From NCBI GenBank assembly GCA_036785375.1, contig JAWMAR010000007.1, positions 11,098,001 to 11,162,000 on the forward strand: a stretch of DNA of 64,000 nucleotides, written 5' to 3'. Source of the stretch: Leucoraja ocellata (Eukaryota). A program made the position numbers and the translations under genes. The stretch's first letter is position 1. Every line of letters begins with the position of its first letter. Positions 1 to 12,160 of the stretch are shown in pieces. The notes below the pieces were generated by a model. It saw only the letters and a list, made by a program, of their open reading frames with translations. It had not been told where the DNA came from and did not search any database.

Positions 1-3000
1 GGAACAGCCGGGGTTACCGGCTGCGGAGCTGCCGCGAAGGACCAGGCCCGTGAACACCGGGGTTTGGTCCGAGCGGCTCCAACCCGCAACGGAGGGAACG
101 ACGGTCACCAGCGGGAGAAGGAAAGTCGGGAACAGCAGGTAAGAGACCCTGCGTTTCCTTCAACTTACCTTCTAGGTGCAGACATGGACCGGGTCCATGT
201 AAGCTGCAGAAGGCCGGCGGGAGAACCGCGGAGGAGCGGCAGCAGCAGCAGTAGCAGCAGCGGCAGTCGGCGGCAGTCGGCAGCAGCAGCAGCAGCAGCA
301 GCAGCGGCAGCAGTGGCAGCCGGCAGCTGCAGGAGCACGGGCAGCTGCAGGAGTTACGGGCAGCTGCAGGAGTACGGGCAGCAGCAGTGACACTGACAGC
401 TGCAGGAGCGCAGGTTGCGGCAGGAGCTGGCAACGGCAGGAGCTGTAACGGCAGGAGCTGGCAACGGCAGGAGCAGCATGGGCACATCGATTCCCGGAGG
501 AGGAAAACACCTGTGCCCAACTTCGCTCCAGCACGGTGAGAAAATTCATTTTCAGCAGCAAAGGACTTGGCAGTTGACTGGCTGCAATCTACTATTAGGG
601 ACCAGTATGTGAGTGACCAGGTGTAGTATCTGTTCTTATCAGTTTAATATCTGATACGTCCCTTATCTAGGGACCATATATTAAATAAAATCTATAATAG
701 CTGTTATCATCAGTTTTAATGTCTTATATGTTCCTTAGCTAAGGACCATATAAGTAGGAGTGCCCAGAATTGAGGGCATTAGAGTGGGGTTGACCGGCTG
801 CAACGACCGCAAGGGACCAGTACCGTCAGTACGGGGGTGGGTCCCACGGGTCTAAGATAAAGGAGCAGCCAGGAGCGCTGAGAGCGTTGGAGCCGGGTTA
901 AAGGAATAGATGGAATCAGCTGTGCCAGTTATCCTCCACACCGGCCATATCCACTCCACGGAAGGAAGGACAAGCTGGAGAAGGAGGACCGTGGAACAGG
1001 GGGCAGCCAGCAGCAGCCAGCGGCACTTGGATCAACCGTAGTGGGATCAGCGGTGCCCGATGTCGGCCCCGCACCGGCCAGCTCCATGCGGCCGAGCGGT
1101 AGGCTAGACACAAATCAAACAAGGTAGTGGACTGAGAAGGGTCCGACTTTGCATAAAACCGCCGGCAACCAGCGCCCGAGAGGGCTGGAGCGGGAAGAAG
1201 CGGTGTATGGAGCCTTGCTCCAACGTGATAACCCACAGCAGTACCTCTTTGAGGGCTGCACAATGCTTCTACCCCATCAGAGGGGAGCACTGTGGGTCAG
1301 TTCTGGGTTGACTTGCAAGAGGGGTCCGCAGAACAAAAGACAAGTGGGCAGCAGTTAAGCCCCACATGGGTACCCCGTGCGGGACCCCTAGAGATCTCTA
1401 ACTCTATAAAAAAGAGTAGGCAGGACCCTGATGGGCCAGAGCCTGGTAATACAGCATCCCATGATCCTAACACAGCAGGGACTCTGCTGGACATGGTGGC
1501 TGATTACTTTAACCAAGTCAAACATGGGTAGACTTGGATCCAGGATGGCAATAGTATTACTATATGTCTGGCCACAAACGCCAACAGGGAAAAAATTTAC
1601 AGACACTGGCCAGACATCTGCCACCTGGCAACGGTGAGGCATTACGGGTGCCCAGTGTAAACCAATGCATTTGGCAGCATATGGGGACGAACATCAGGAA
1701 CCAGGACCTCAAGATCCAGAGAACCTTAAAGGGATTGACGGAAGGCATCATAGAATACACTCGCACCCTGGACTAAATGTAGGTAACCAAAGACCATCTA
1801 GACGCACTAGCTCTGTTTAGTAATATGCAATATGATCTGAACTACACATGGAAGGCTGCCATTCAGCCAGCACTGGGACCCCAAAAAATGCTACCATTTG
1901 CAAACAAAGAACCGTGAGTGGACAAAGCCAAGACACTGGGGCTCATCAAGGCCAGCGCAAGGGCCTATTTTGGAGCATGATACCGGCCACAGGCAACGCC
2001 ATAAATAATGTGGCTCATACCAGTGGCAGTGCTAGAAATCAATAACCCGCAGGATCCTTTTTTAGGGTATGGCCAGGGCGGCCACCCTGGAAGATGCGGG
2101 AACCTCAACCTCCCACACAACCCCGAACAAGAGATATCAAACCAGAACCTCCTTTGTCAAATAAACCAAGGAAATAACACAACCACCGGTAACCATGGAG
2201 GTAGGTGGGTGGGGTTTTCTTCTGTTCAAAATAGGGACCTATGATGGTAGGGGAGGTTACAACACTACAGTTATGTATGGTATATAATCACTACAGATTC
2301 ATATAATCTCAGCAGTATTCAGGGTTATCTGATAAGATTTACTCATTCCAATAACCACAGTACAACATACACCAGAAGGGCATTTTGTCCTTACATAAAC
2401 CAAACAATCTAAAACCCACATGGTCTACAACAAATTGTACACAAAAGATGTGATTGAGCATACTTTTCATGGAACATTAGAATTGTATCAAACATATTTA
2501 TTAAAAATAAATAGAGTAGGGTTGCAGGATTATCATTGATTTAACCCTAAACGCATTTGTTCTAGATATTCATTTTAAGATGGATACTCTTTTTTCTTGA
2601 TAAGACTTGGTGTCAGCTGCGGGTTTTCTATATTGCAGGCATTGACTCAAAAGAGGAACTTTGGGAATAGAGCTTACAATAGGGGCAATCATTAGCTCCA
2701 ATATTATTTACTAAAATTCTAAAACCAGCTTGGCATTGTTATGTAACAAAGCCATAGGGTGATGTTTTTCCCCCGTTCGGCCCCATCAATGGGGTACTAG
2801 GGATAATTCAACTACACTCGGCATCTGGAATTCTCAGAGTTCCGACTGACCTTCTAAATCATGGTATTCGGTCATACAGGGGATGGTTTAGAACCATGTT
2901 CCCTATTGAACATAGCCAAAAAATTATTAATTTTCCAGTGACTGGAGGCTGTCATCCATGCCATAAGACTATGGATTATGGATTTGTAGAGGCTAAAGAC

Positions 3001-4440
3001 CCACTGCACGGCATTGGGCTGTCAGACAGGACGATGAATCTCATCTCATCTGCACTAAGACTGTCAACATGGAAGCAGTACCTTTGGACATCAAGAAATG
3101 GGGCATATACTGCTTGGACAACAACCTCGACCAAAAGGCCAAGAACATTCTGGCCGTATCGAAATTTTTACAAGCCTCCATTATGATAATCGATGGAGCT
3201 ACAGTGCCATCAATAGTGCCACAAGTGCACTCTCCAATTACCTATCACAAGGAACGGAGCGGCACGCGGTGGGAACGCACCCCTGGTAAGAAAACCAGGT
3301 ACTCCAAAATCTGGGACGTGGGTGTCGTTTCTCAACATGCTGAGGAGCTTGTAGCTCATAACAGCGTTGTCACTTCAGTAACAGACCAGGAAGATGGTTA
3401 TGCTCATGGTGTTATTTACCGCACAACAAGTCCAGCCATTAAGCAAACTGAGCCTGGACTCCCTGATCATCTCACCGAGAAACTGGTGTTGTCATACAGG
3501 ATTTAATAAAAGAAAACAGATCGGGTTTCCTCAGGTCAAGTGTTTGAATTTATGGTACACCCATATGGCAAACGACGGTGTATAGCAAGCCACATCTAAC
3601 AATATATGGAATATACTAAGATCATTCGAGGTCAGAAAATGGAGTTGTTTATCTCTTAAAAGAAACCGCATGAAAGGGTCACGACTCAAACTATATTAGG
3701 TGGCTCAAATAGGTCCTAAAAATGACACTAATGTTTTAACTCTCATTCCACCAGGGCTGCAGCAACATCCGCAGCAAAAATTTGTACAGGTACCCACAGA
3801 CCAAATCCTCAGAATGGCAGGATGGTCATTCAAAAAGGGTTTTTCCACAGGTTTTTATAATAAACCAGTTACATTTTGGAGCCATCATTTGTATTAAGAA
3901 GACATTTTATGTCCAACAAAATAATTGCCCGAAAGGTTACAGGGCTATGATTCTCAAATTTTAAAAAATGTTATATAATTTTTTCATTATACCACACAAC
4001 TCTTTGTATAATTGTGTTTTAAAATTACTAATGATGCTCTCTCCCAATACCCAAGGCAGTTGTGAAGCATGGACTCGTTCCACGGCATGAGGTCACAGAG
4101 CTTTGAAATCTTCACGAAGTCACTCACGTGACTCCGAAGTAAAATAGTAAGATTAAACGAGAACTTACCAGTTTGAAGTTTGATCTGTATTTTATGAGGA
4201 GTTACGATGAGGGATTTCGTGCCCTCCGCTCCCACCCTCTTATGATCATATCAAAAACTGGTATCTCTTTGATAATCTTACTATGTTAGATCATTATAGG
4301 TTCCTGTGACCTCACACTGCTGCTTTGAAGAATGACACGCATGCGTGGAAGCGGGGTTCTTCACGAAATCCCTCATCGTAACTCCTCATAAAATACAGAT
4401 CAAACTTCAAACTGGTAAGTTCTCGTTTAATCTTACTATT
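1..4440 (+). mobile_element. DIRS1-type tyrosine-recombinase retrotransposon, degenerate; left end lies outside the window
   Basis: The gag-like region starts ATG GAC CGG GTC (MDRV) at 184 and contains LARHLPPGN...VPSVNQCIW, shared with the 48009 ORF. Decayed RT follows at ~2250-2800 and YR-like fragments (RYSKIWDV, QILRMAGWS) at ~3000-3900. The 3' end has an ICR (~4109-4220) complementary to the terminal ~4362-4440, closely matching 49290-49701. Confidence 0.85.
615..686 (+). pseudogene. U2 snRNA fragment (branch-point recognition region and stems IIa/IIb), with a degenerate second copy at ~697-755
   Basis: GTGTAGTATCTGTTCTTATCAGTTTAATATCTGATACGTCC...ATATATTAAAT matches the recalled vertebrate U2 sequence. 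The 5' stem I and the Sm site are absent. Confidence 0.9.
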
Positions 4441-4474
4441 AAAAGATACTAAAAAAACAAAAGAAGTTGAAGGA

Positions 4475-4945
4475 GGTTGCAGAGAATCGTCCGATCAGTT
4501 AAGAAGGTTATTGGCTGCAACCTTCCCTCCAATGTCAAACTGTACACTGCAGAGGCTAAGAAGCGAGCGGATAAGATCATCTCTGACCCCTCTCACCCTG
4601 GACACAAACTCTTTGAATCATGTCCCTCTGGAAGGCGACTCCGGACTGACAAAGCTGCCACAGCCAGACATAAAAACAGCTTTTTTCCATGACTATTAGC
4701 TCTACTCAACAGCCAACAATCTGTAGCCTCCTTCTGCTATGGTATTTTATTAAATTCACATGTTTGATCAATGTGTTTTATTATTAATGTTTAGTGTTTT
4801 ATGTATCATTCGTAACTGTCACTGTATGTCATGTTGTCACATGTGGGCGGATCACAAATTCCTTGTTTGTGAATACTTAGCCAATAAACGTATTCATGCA
4901 TGCATCCATGCATTCAATCATACATTCATTCATTCATCCATTCGT
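4475..4945 (+). mobile_element. Rex1/Babar-type non-LTR retrotransposon, 3' fragment
   Basis: ORF LQRIVRS...IISDPSHPGHKLFESCPSGRRLR...KNSFFP, then AATAAA and an (ATTC)n tail. Confidence 0.8.
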
Positions 4946-5320
4946 TAAGAATTATGCATGGTATCACATATCAAATATTTGGTGATGCATTGAGGGATGA
5001 TGCAGGGTCTTGACCTGAAACGTCAACCATTACTCTGCCTCCACAGATGCAACCTAATGCATTGAGGACCTCCTGCAATTTGTTTTTCTGCATGTCAAAT
5101 ATTTGGTTAAATGAGGTACAACTGTAATTAACAAGAACCTGATTAATATCAGGTATGGTTTCTTACATTTGTGACAAATTTATCCATGGCATAATCAAAG
5201 CTATAAAATTATTTAAAAAACTTGATAACATATAATTTCATCATCACCCAAGTCAAATGCATTTTGCAATCCTTTTCATATTTTGCTTCAGGTTATAAAC
5301 AAGGAACAATCTCGCTTCTT

Positions 5321-5381
5321 ACTTCCTGGTCAACTTTCTGAGAATTCTGCAAGCTCTTTCTAATCAAGATAAAAGTGTGGT
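5321..5381 (+). promoter_or_regulatory. Candidate haematopoietic motif cluster (ETS, STAT/GAS, GATA, RUNX)
   Basis: ACTTCCT 5321, TTCTGAGAA 5336, AGATAA 5367 and TGTGGT 5376 lie within 60 bp of apparently non-repeat sequence. Confidence 0.3.
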
Positions 5382-5676
5382 GTGGACTTGAAATATTGCT
5401 GGCGTACCACCGACAGCAGCCAGAAGGTGAAGCCCTTGTTGCTGCTGTCAGTTCCACTCAAATTCTGCTGGACAAGGGCTGGTTGATTGAAATGCAAAGT
5501 GTCAAAATTGACTTCTCCATTTGAAGCTGTATGACAATTCTTGGAAAGTCTCTTAAGCCCTTTTACACTCTATGTTAAATGTAAAATTCAGAAAACTACA
5601 GAAAACTGCTGGAGTCTCGGTTCTACTCGTCCAGTGGATAGACTTACGACATTTGAAACCTCAATGAGAGAAGAGA

Positions 5677-5719
5677 ATGCTGTTCATTTTGCTTTGTGCC
5701 TTTGCACTGCCTGTCACCG
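5677..5719 (+). CDS. Candidate signal-peptide exon MLFILLCAFALPVT, without a canonical phase-1 donor
   Basis: Hydrophobic leader-like ORF upstream of the V exons. The expected donor position reads G|ctaat rather than G|gt. Confidence 0.3.
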
Positions 5720-6478
5720 CTAATCATAAGTATCCTTTAATAAGGAGCAGAAGTTGCTTTTCTGGCTGTTTCACTGTGAATGAAATGATTAACTATATGA
5801 GATAGACATGTGTGTCCGTGGAAACAGAGCAGGATCAGTCTTTTGATGCTGTACTTAAGGTGACAGGCAGTCTTCCAGAAAGGGAATATGTATGTGTGTG
5901 AAGACCTTTAATACAAACATTTTACAATACAGTAAATGATCGGTTTGAGATTATAAGGCTGGAGTCTGAGCAGCAGGGGAGATTGTGTTTAGTTGTCGAC
6001 CCCAGACTTCTGGATGAAGATATTAGCCCTTGAGAGGGGGTGAAGGGCGTTGTGTCCTTGGCATAGTTTAAAAGTGAAGATGATGAGAAATATCTTCACT
6101 GAGAGTAATGCACCTATAGAATTATCGAATTGAAAGTAGTTCAAGCCAAGCCACCTCTTGTCTTCAGCAAGGAGCTGAATATATTCCCAGGCTAAAGACA
6201 TAAAGGGGAATGGGGACAAAGTTCAATTCTGTATTGATTAGCAATTAAGAGCCATAATCATATTGACTGTTGACCAGGCTTGAACAGCCGAATGGCTTCC
6301 TGTGTTGCTCTGAATGTCTTTGCGCTCATTGTTGATTCTGATCCTAATCAAATTGGTTTTGGTTTATTATTGTCACACGTACTGAGGTACAATGAACACC
6401 TGCACCTGGGATAATACCTTTCTCAAAATAACATCTCATATGCGAAGAATGAATCCCCAATCTTCCAATATACCTTGT

Positions 6479-7006
6479 GTTTAAGAGGGAACTGCAGATG
6501 CTGGAGAATCGAAGGTTACACAAAAAAGCTGGAGAAACTCAGCGGGTGCAGCAGCATCTATGGAGCGAAGTAAATAGGCAACGTTTCGGGCCGAAACCCT
6601 TCTTCAGACTGATCGGGGGCGGGGGTGGGCGGGGACAAGAAAAGGAAAAGGAGGAGGAGCCCGAAGGCTGGGGGATGGGAGGAGGGGGGCTGAGGAAGGG
6701 GAGGAGACAGCAAGGACTAACAAAATTGGGAGAATTCGATGTTCATGCCCCCGGGATGCAGACTCCCCAAACGGAATATGAGGTGCTGTTCCTCCAATTT
6801 CCGATGTTGCTCGCTGTGGCCATGGAGGAGACCCAGGACAGAGAGGTCGGTGACGGAGTGGGAGGGGGAGTTGAAGTGCTGAGCCACCGGGAGGTCAGCT
6901 TGGTTATTGCGGACCGAGCGGAGGTGTTCGGCGAAACGATCGCCCAACCTCCGCTTGGTCTCACCGATATAGATCTGCTGACATCTAGAGCAGCGGACGC
7001 AATAGA
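6479..7006 (-). mobile_element. Penelope-like element 3' fragment (GIY-YIG endonuclease end and pLTR)
   Basis: IYCVRCSRCQQIYIGETKRRLGDRFAEH. Flanked by the 16-bp direct repeat TTCCAATATACCTTGT (6463-6478 and 7007-7022). Confidence 0.9.
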
Positions 7007-7824
7007 TTCCAATATACCTTGTTGTGGCCACAAACATTTTTATTAAACGACACTTCTTCTGTAGGTGCAATGCTATATTCTTTACTCTATTTGTTTTCTC
7101 TAATGCACTACGTGATGTAATCATGAATGGTACGATTTAGCCGGATAACACACAAAATAATTTTTCGCCTATCTCAATATACATGAAAATAATAAACCAA
7201 TACTAATTTTCCTAAATCAGTATTACCGGCCCATCTAAAATGTCCCTTCCCTCTCCATTATCAACACCTTGTAGCCAGAACCATTAAATGTCTGGTCCTG
7301 CCCCAACTCTGCATAATTTTTCCATATAGATATTTCTACCTATCAATAACCAGGCTCACTCACATATTTACTATTTTCGTACTATCTGCCACTCCCAATC
7401 TTGGTGCACCTTATTTCTCTTTTCTCTTGCCACACACTAGTAATAGATACTGATCTATTATTTTGCCTGTTCTTCTCCGTGCACCAATAAATCTCCCTAC
7501 TACGACACTGTCCCAGTGTGGCTGATGTGCAAACCATTGATCTTGGAGTGGTCTTTCCTGCTGCAGAACTGGTCCAATGCCCCTAGAATTTAGAGCAGAA
7601 ACGAGAAAGTCACGAAAATTAGTGCAGTAATTAAAATGTCCTGAGCATTGGAGCAGTAACCAGAATTCTCGTGGATTAGCACAGCAACTAGAATATCACA
7701 AGAATTGAGCAGTAATTCAGCTCAAAAATCAATCCATGGCTCCCCAGCCCCAGTTTCTACCACTGACCGAAAAACACTGAGGGCAACTTAAAGTAGTCTG
7801 TTAATTAACGATGCGCATCAATTT

Positions 7825-10055
7825 TTGAAGGAGAAGGTTAAAGTGTCAGTGATGCAGTTGAACAAAGGGGACTATGAAGGCATGAGAGAGGAGCAGGCCA
7901 AGGTAGACTGGAAAGGGATCCTAGCAGAAATGACGATGGAACAGGAATGGCAGAAATTTCTGGGCATAATCCGGAAGATGCAGGATCATTTCATTCCAAA
8001 AAGGAAGAAAGATTCTAAGTAGGAGGCAACCGTGGGTAACAAGAGAAGTTAGGGATAGAATAAAACTAAACAAAAAGATGTATAACACAGCAAAGCGTAG
8101 TCGGAAGCCAGAGGATTGGGAAACTTTCATAGGACAACAGATGGAAACAAAACGGGCAATACGGGCTGAAAAGATGAAGTATGAGGGGCAGCTGGCCAGG
8201 AATATAAGGAAGGACAGTAAAAGCTTCTTTAGATATGTTATGGGAAAAAGAGTAGCAAAGTCAAATGTGGGTCCCTTGAATGCTACACGGGTGAAATTAT
8301 AATGGGGACAAGGAAATGGCAGCAAAGTTGGTACTTCGGATCTGTCTTCACTAAGGAAGACACAAACAATCTCCCAGATGTACTGGAGGACAGAGGATCT
8401 AAGGGGGTAAAGGAACTGAAAGAACATTTTATTAGGTTAGAAATAGTTGGGTAGGCTAATGGGACTGAAGGATGATAAATCCCCTGGGCCTGATGGTCTG
8501 CATCCCAGGGTCCTCAGGGAGGTGGCTCTAAAAATAGTGGACGCATTGGTGATCATTTTCCAATGTTCATTAGATTCAGGATCAGTTCCTGTGGATTGGA
8601 GGATTGCTAATGTTATCCCATTTTTCAAGAAAGGAGCGAGAGAGAGAAAATGGGGAATTGCAGACCAGTTAGCCTGACTTCGGTGGTGAGAAAGATGCTG
8701 GAGTCAATTATTAAAGAGGTAATAATGGGGCATTTGCACAGAAGTAAAAGGATTAGTCCAAGTCAACATGGATTTATGAAAGGGGAATCATGCTTGACTA
8801 ATCTTCTGGAATTTTTTGAGGATGTGACAAGTAAAATGGATGAAGGGGAGCCAGTGGATGCAGTGTGTCTAGACTTTTAGATAGCCTTTGATAAGGTCCC
8901 GCATGGGAGACTGGTGACTAAAATTAGAGCACATGGTATTGGGGGTAGGGTGTTGACATGAATAGACAATTGATTGGCAAACAGGAAGCAAAGAGTAGGA
9001 GTGAACAGGTCCTTTTCAGAATGGCAGGCAGTGGCGAGTGGAGTGCCGCAAGGCTTGGTGTTGGGGCCGCAACTATTTACCATATGTATTAATGATTTGG
9101 AAGAGGGAATTAGGAGCTACACTAGCAAGTTTGCGGATGTCACAAAGCTGGGGGGCAGTGTGAACTGTGAAGAGGATGTTAGGAGGTTGCAAGGTGACCT
9201 GGACAGGTTGAGTAAGTGGGCAGATGAGTGGCAGATGCAGTGTAATATAGATAAATGTGAGGTTATCCACTTTGGCGGCAAAAACAAGGGGGCAGATTAT
9301 TATCTCAATTGGGTTAGGTTATGTAAGGGGGAGGTGCAGCAAGACCTGGGTGGCTTTGTACACCAGTCACTGAAAGTTGGCTTACAGGTACAGCAGGCAG
9401 TGAAGAAAGCTAATGGAATGTTAGGCTTCATAACAAGAGGATTTCAGTATCGGAGTAAAGATGTTCTTCTGCAGTTATCTAGGGCCCTGGTAAGACCACA
9501 TCTGCAGTATTGTGTACAGTTTTGGTCTCCTAATTTGAGGAAGGACGTTCTTGTGATTGAGGCAGTGCAGCATAGGTTCACGAGATTGATCCCTGGGATG
9601 GTGGGACTGTCATATGAGGATAGATTGAAAAGACTAGGCTGGAGTTTAGAAGGATGAGGGGGATCTTATAGAAACATATAAAATTATAAAAGGACTGAAC
9701 AAGCTAGATGCAGGAAAATTGTTCCCAATGTTGGGCGAGCAGAACCAGGGTCCACAGTCTTAGAATAAAGGGGAGGCCATTTAAGGTCTGAGGTGAGAAA
9801 AAATCTTTTCACCCAAAGAGTTGTGAATTTGTGGAATTCCCTGCCACAAAGGGCAGTGGAGGCCAAATTACTGGATGGATTTAAGAGAGAGTTAGATAGA
9901 GCTCCAGGGGCTAGTGGAGTCAAGGGATATGGGGAGAAGGCTGGCATGGGTTATTGATTGGGGACGATTAGCCATGATCACAATGAATGGCGGTGCTGGC
10001 TCGAAGGGCCAAATGGCCTCCTCCTGCACCTATTATCTATGTCTCTATGTTCCTA
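7825..10055 (+). mobile_element. CR1 LINE, 5'-truncated and degenerate
   Basis: KSPGPDGLHPRVL, PSQHGF, SGVPQG, KFADVTKLGG; (CTATGT)-type tail at ~10037-10055. Confidence 0.92.
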
Positions 10056-10229
10056 TCTTTGAGATGTGGGAAACAAACTAAGAAAGAGAAACCCCTGCAG
10101 TTATAGATGGAAAGTGCAAACTGTACACAGCATCTGAGGTCAGGATTAAACTCTGAGTCCCTAGAGTTGTGAGTTAGCAGCTCCACTAGCTGCTCCACTG
10201 TGCCAGCTGTGTACATCCTCGATTAGTGG

Positions 10230-10456
10230 TCAGGTACTTCCTTGGTGGGATCTTGCTGTGCCAACACTTCAAACCTGTGAAGCTCTGTGGACCACCCCCT
10301 GTCTGTGAGGGAAGTGATGTAAATGCAAGGTTTCTCCCGGACAGCAGCTTATAGCTGTGAGAGATGTGGTTCCCGTGAAGAGCCGACACAGCCCGGAGGA
10401 GGGGAACCACTGTTAGTGTCACAGTCCCACCTCCCCATTTCTTATAGCTCACCACA
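10230..10456 (+). promoter_or_regulatory. Candidate myeloid promoter/enhancer upstream of exon V1
   Basis: ETS/PU.1-like ACTTCC 10236 and GGAAGTG 10310 overlapping a C/EBP-like TGATGTAAAT; RUNX-like TGTGGT 10365 and AACCAC 10405. Confidence 0.3.
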
Positions 10457-10595
10457 TAGTGACGGTTACAAACAGCACAGCAGCATCACAGTTCAACTGT
10501 CTTCCACAAGGGCAGGGACCCAGGGTGGGCGCAGCCTCCTACAGTGACTGTGGCCCTCAGCTCAGTCTTAACGTTACATCTCTGTGTCTTCACAG

Positions 10596-10976
10596 GCTGC
10601 AGTATCAGTGGTTGGACCATGGAGACACCGGACGAGGTGATGGGAAGGAAGGGGAAGCTCGTGGTCCTGTACTGCAAGTTCGCTCACCCTCACCATGAAT
10701 ACAAAGGCAACATCAACATCATCTGGAGAGAGGAGAAGACCCAGATTACCTTTTTCAAATACACAAATTATCCATCAAGCGGCACGTATAAAAATGATAT
10801 TGTGTATAATGTAGGAGCTCGCTACAGACCAATGGGGGACCCTCGGAAGAACGATGCTTCCATAATCATTAATCAGCTGGGAACGACTGATACAAACAAG
10901 ATCCACCACTGTCGTGTTGAGCTCACGGGAAAAGCAGGAAAGTTTGGAAGGTCACATGGGCCTATCACAATATCAG
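10596..10976 (+). CDS. Siglec-15-like receptor, V-set exon 1 (retains the essential Arg)
   Basis: Acceptor tcttcacag|, donor G|gtgag, phase 1-1, 381 nt. WTM..P.EV, LYCKFAHPH.EY.G, IWR, G.PRKND, CRVE and HG correspond to the recalled Siglec-15 motifs WSMQVP, LPCTFTHPH, GNPRRND and CRVE. Confidence 0.85.
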
Positions 10977-11429
10977 GTGAGGAATGATTGTGCTGCAAAC
11001 AAACAATTTGTCTTCCTTCCTGCTTCCTGTGATTCCAATGTTACTGGCATGGCTGGCAATTGTTCAAGCTGCTGACTTGTTGGCTACATCACTGGGAGAT
11101 CATGCCCTGGTTTGACTGTCTAAAATACATCACGTTGCACTAAACTGAATTTAAATCTATTAACCAACCCTCAACCCACTTGCCCCGCTGATCACGATCC
11201 TGCTGTAGTTTTGATAACCATCTTCACTCATAATCCTAATTTCTGCCTTGACCATGATGTCCCGTCACTGTGGAATGGGGTGATGTCATTGCCACATCTG
11301 GCCTGCTGTTATAGTCACATATTATATCTCCTCCAGTTAAGTTTCAGATATTGGTATTGGTTTATTATTGTCTATTGCACTGAGATACAGTGATATTTTT
11401 CCGAGTGCCATCCAGACAAATCATCCCAT

Positions 11430-12160
11430 TGAGGCACTAGAAACTGCAGATGCTGGAACCATGAGCAAAACACAAAGTGCTGAAGACACAGTGGGTCAAG
11501 CAGCATTGGTGGAGGAAATGGACAGGCAATTATCCGGGTCGGTTCCCTTCAAACTGATGGAGTAGTAGGGAGAAAGATGGGAACGGGGCAAAGCTTGCCC
11601 AATGAAAGGTGGATGGAGGTGGGGGGGGGGGGGCACGGGGGAGATGCTTATCAGATGGGTGGAGACAGTGATAATGGCGAGTGGTGAAAAGTGGTAAAAG
11701 GTGTCAGACAAGGAAACAAAATGTAAAGGCGGAGGCAAATGGATGGAATGGGCCAGGGGAGATGGGCAGGTGAAAGACGTGATAGAAGGAACTATGGGAT
11801 TCGAGGATGGGAGATGAATACGGGAGATGAAAGGAGCAGTGTGACAAGGATAATGGGAGCAATGTGTGCACAGTGGGCTGGTGGAGGGGGCGGGGAGGGA
11901 GGTATTACTTGAACTTTGAGAGTTCAGTGTTCATACGGTTGGGTTATAAGTTACACAAGCTGACAGGTGCTGTTCTTCCTGTTTGAGTGTGTTCTCACAC
12001 TGATAATACACAAGGCCAGTGACAGTCAGGTCAGTGTGGGAACAGAAAGAGGAGTTAAAATGCGTCGGAACCAGGAGCTCCAGCAGGCCTTGGCAGACTG
12101 AGCACAAGTATTCATCATATTGGGGACACAGAATGCAATAGATGAGGTTAGAAGAATCAT
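11430..12160 (-). mobile_element. Old Penelope-like remnant (pLTR and GIY-YIG end)
   Basis: GAAACTGCAGATGCTGG pLTR motif and decayed similarity to the 6479-7006 element. Confidence 0.6.

Noticed and set aside
14-612. Long Ala/Ser/Gln/Cys-rich ORFs
   Set aside because: They arise from GCA/GGC repeat expansion in the DIRS gag region; not a host gene.
615-686. Functional U2 snRNA gene
   Set aside because: It lacks the 5' end, the Sm site and the 3' stems.
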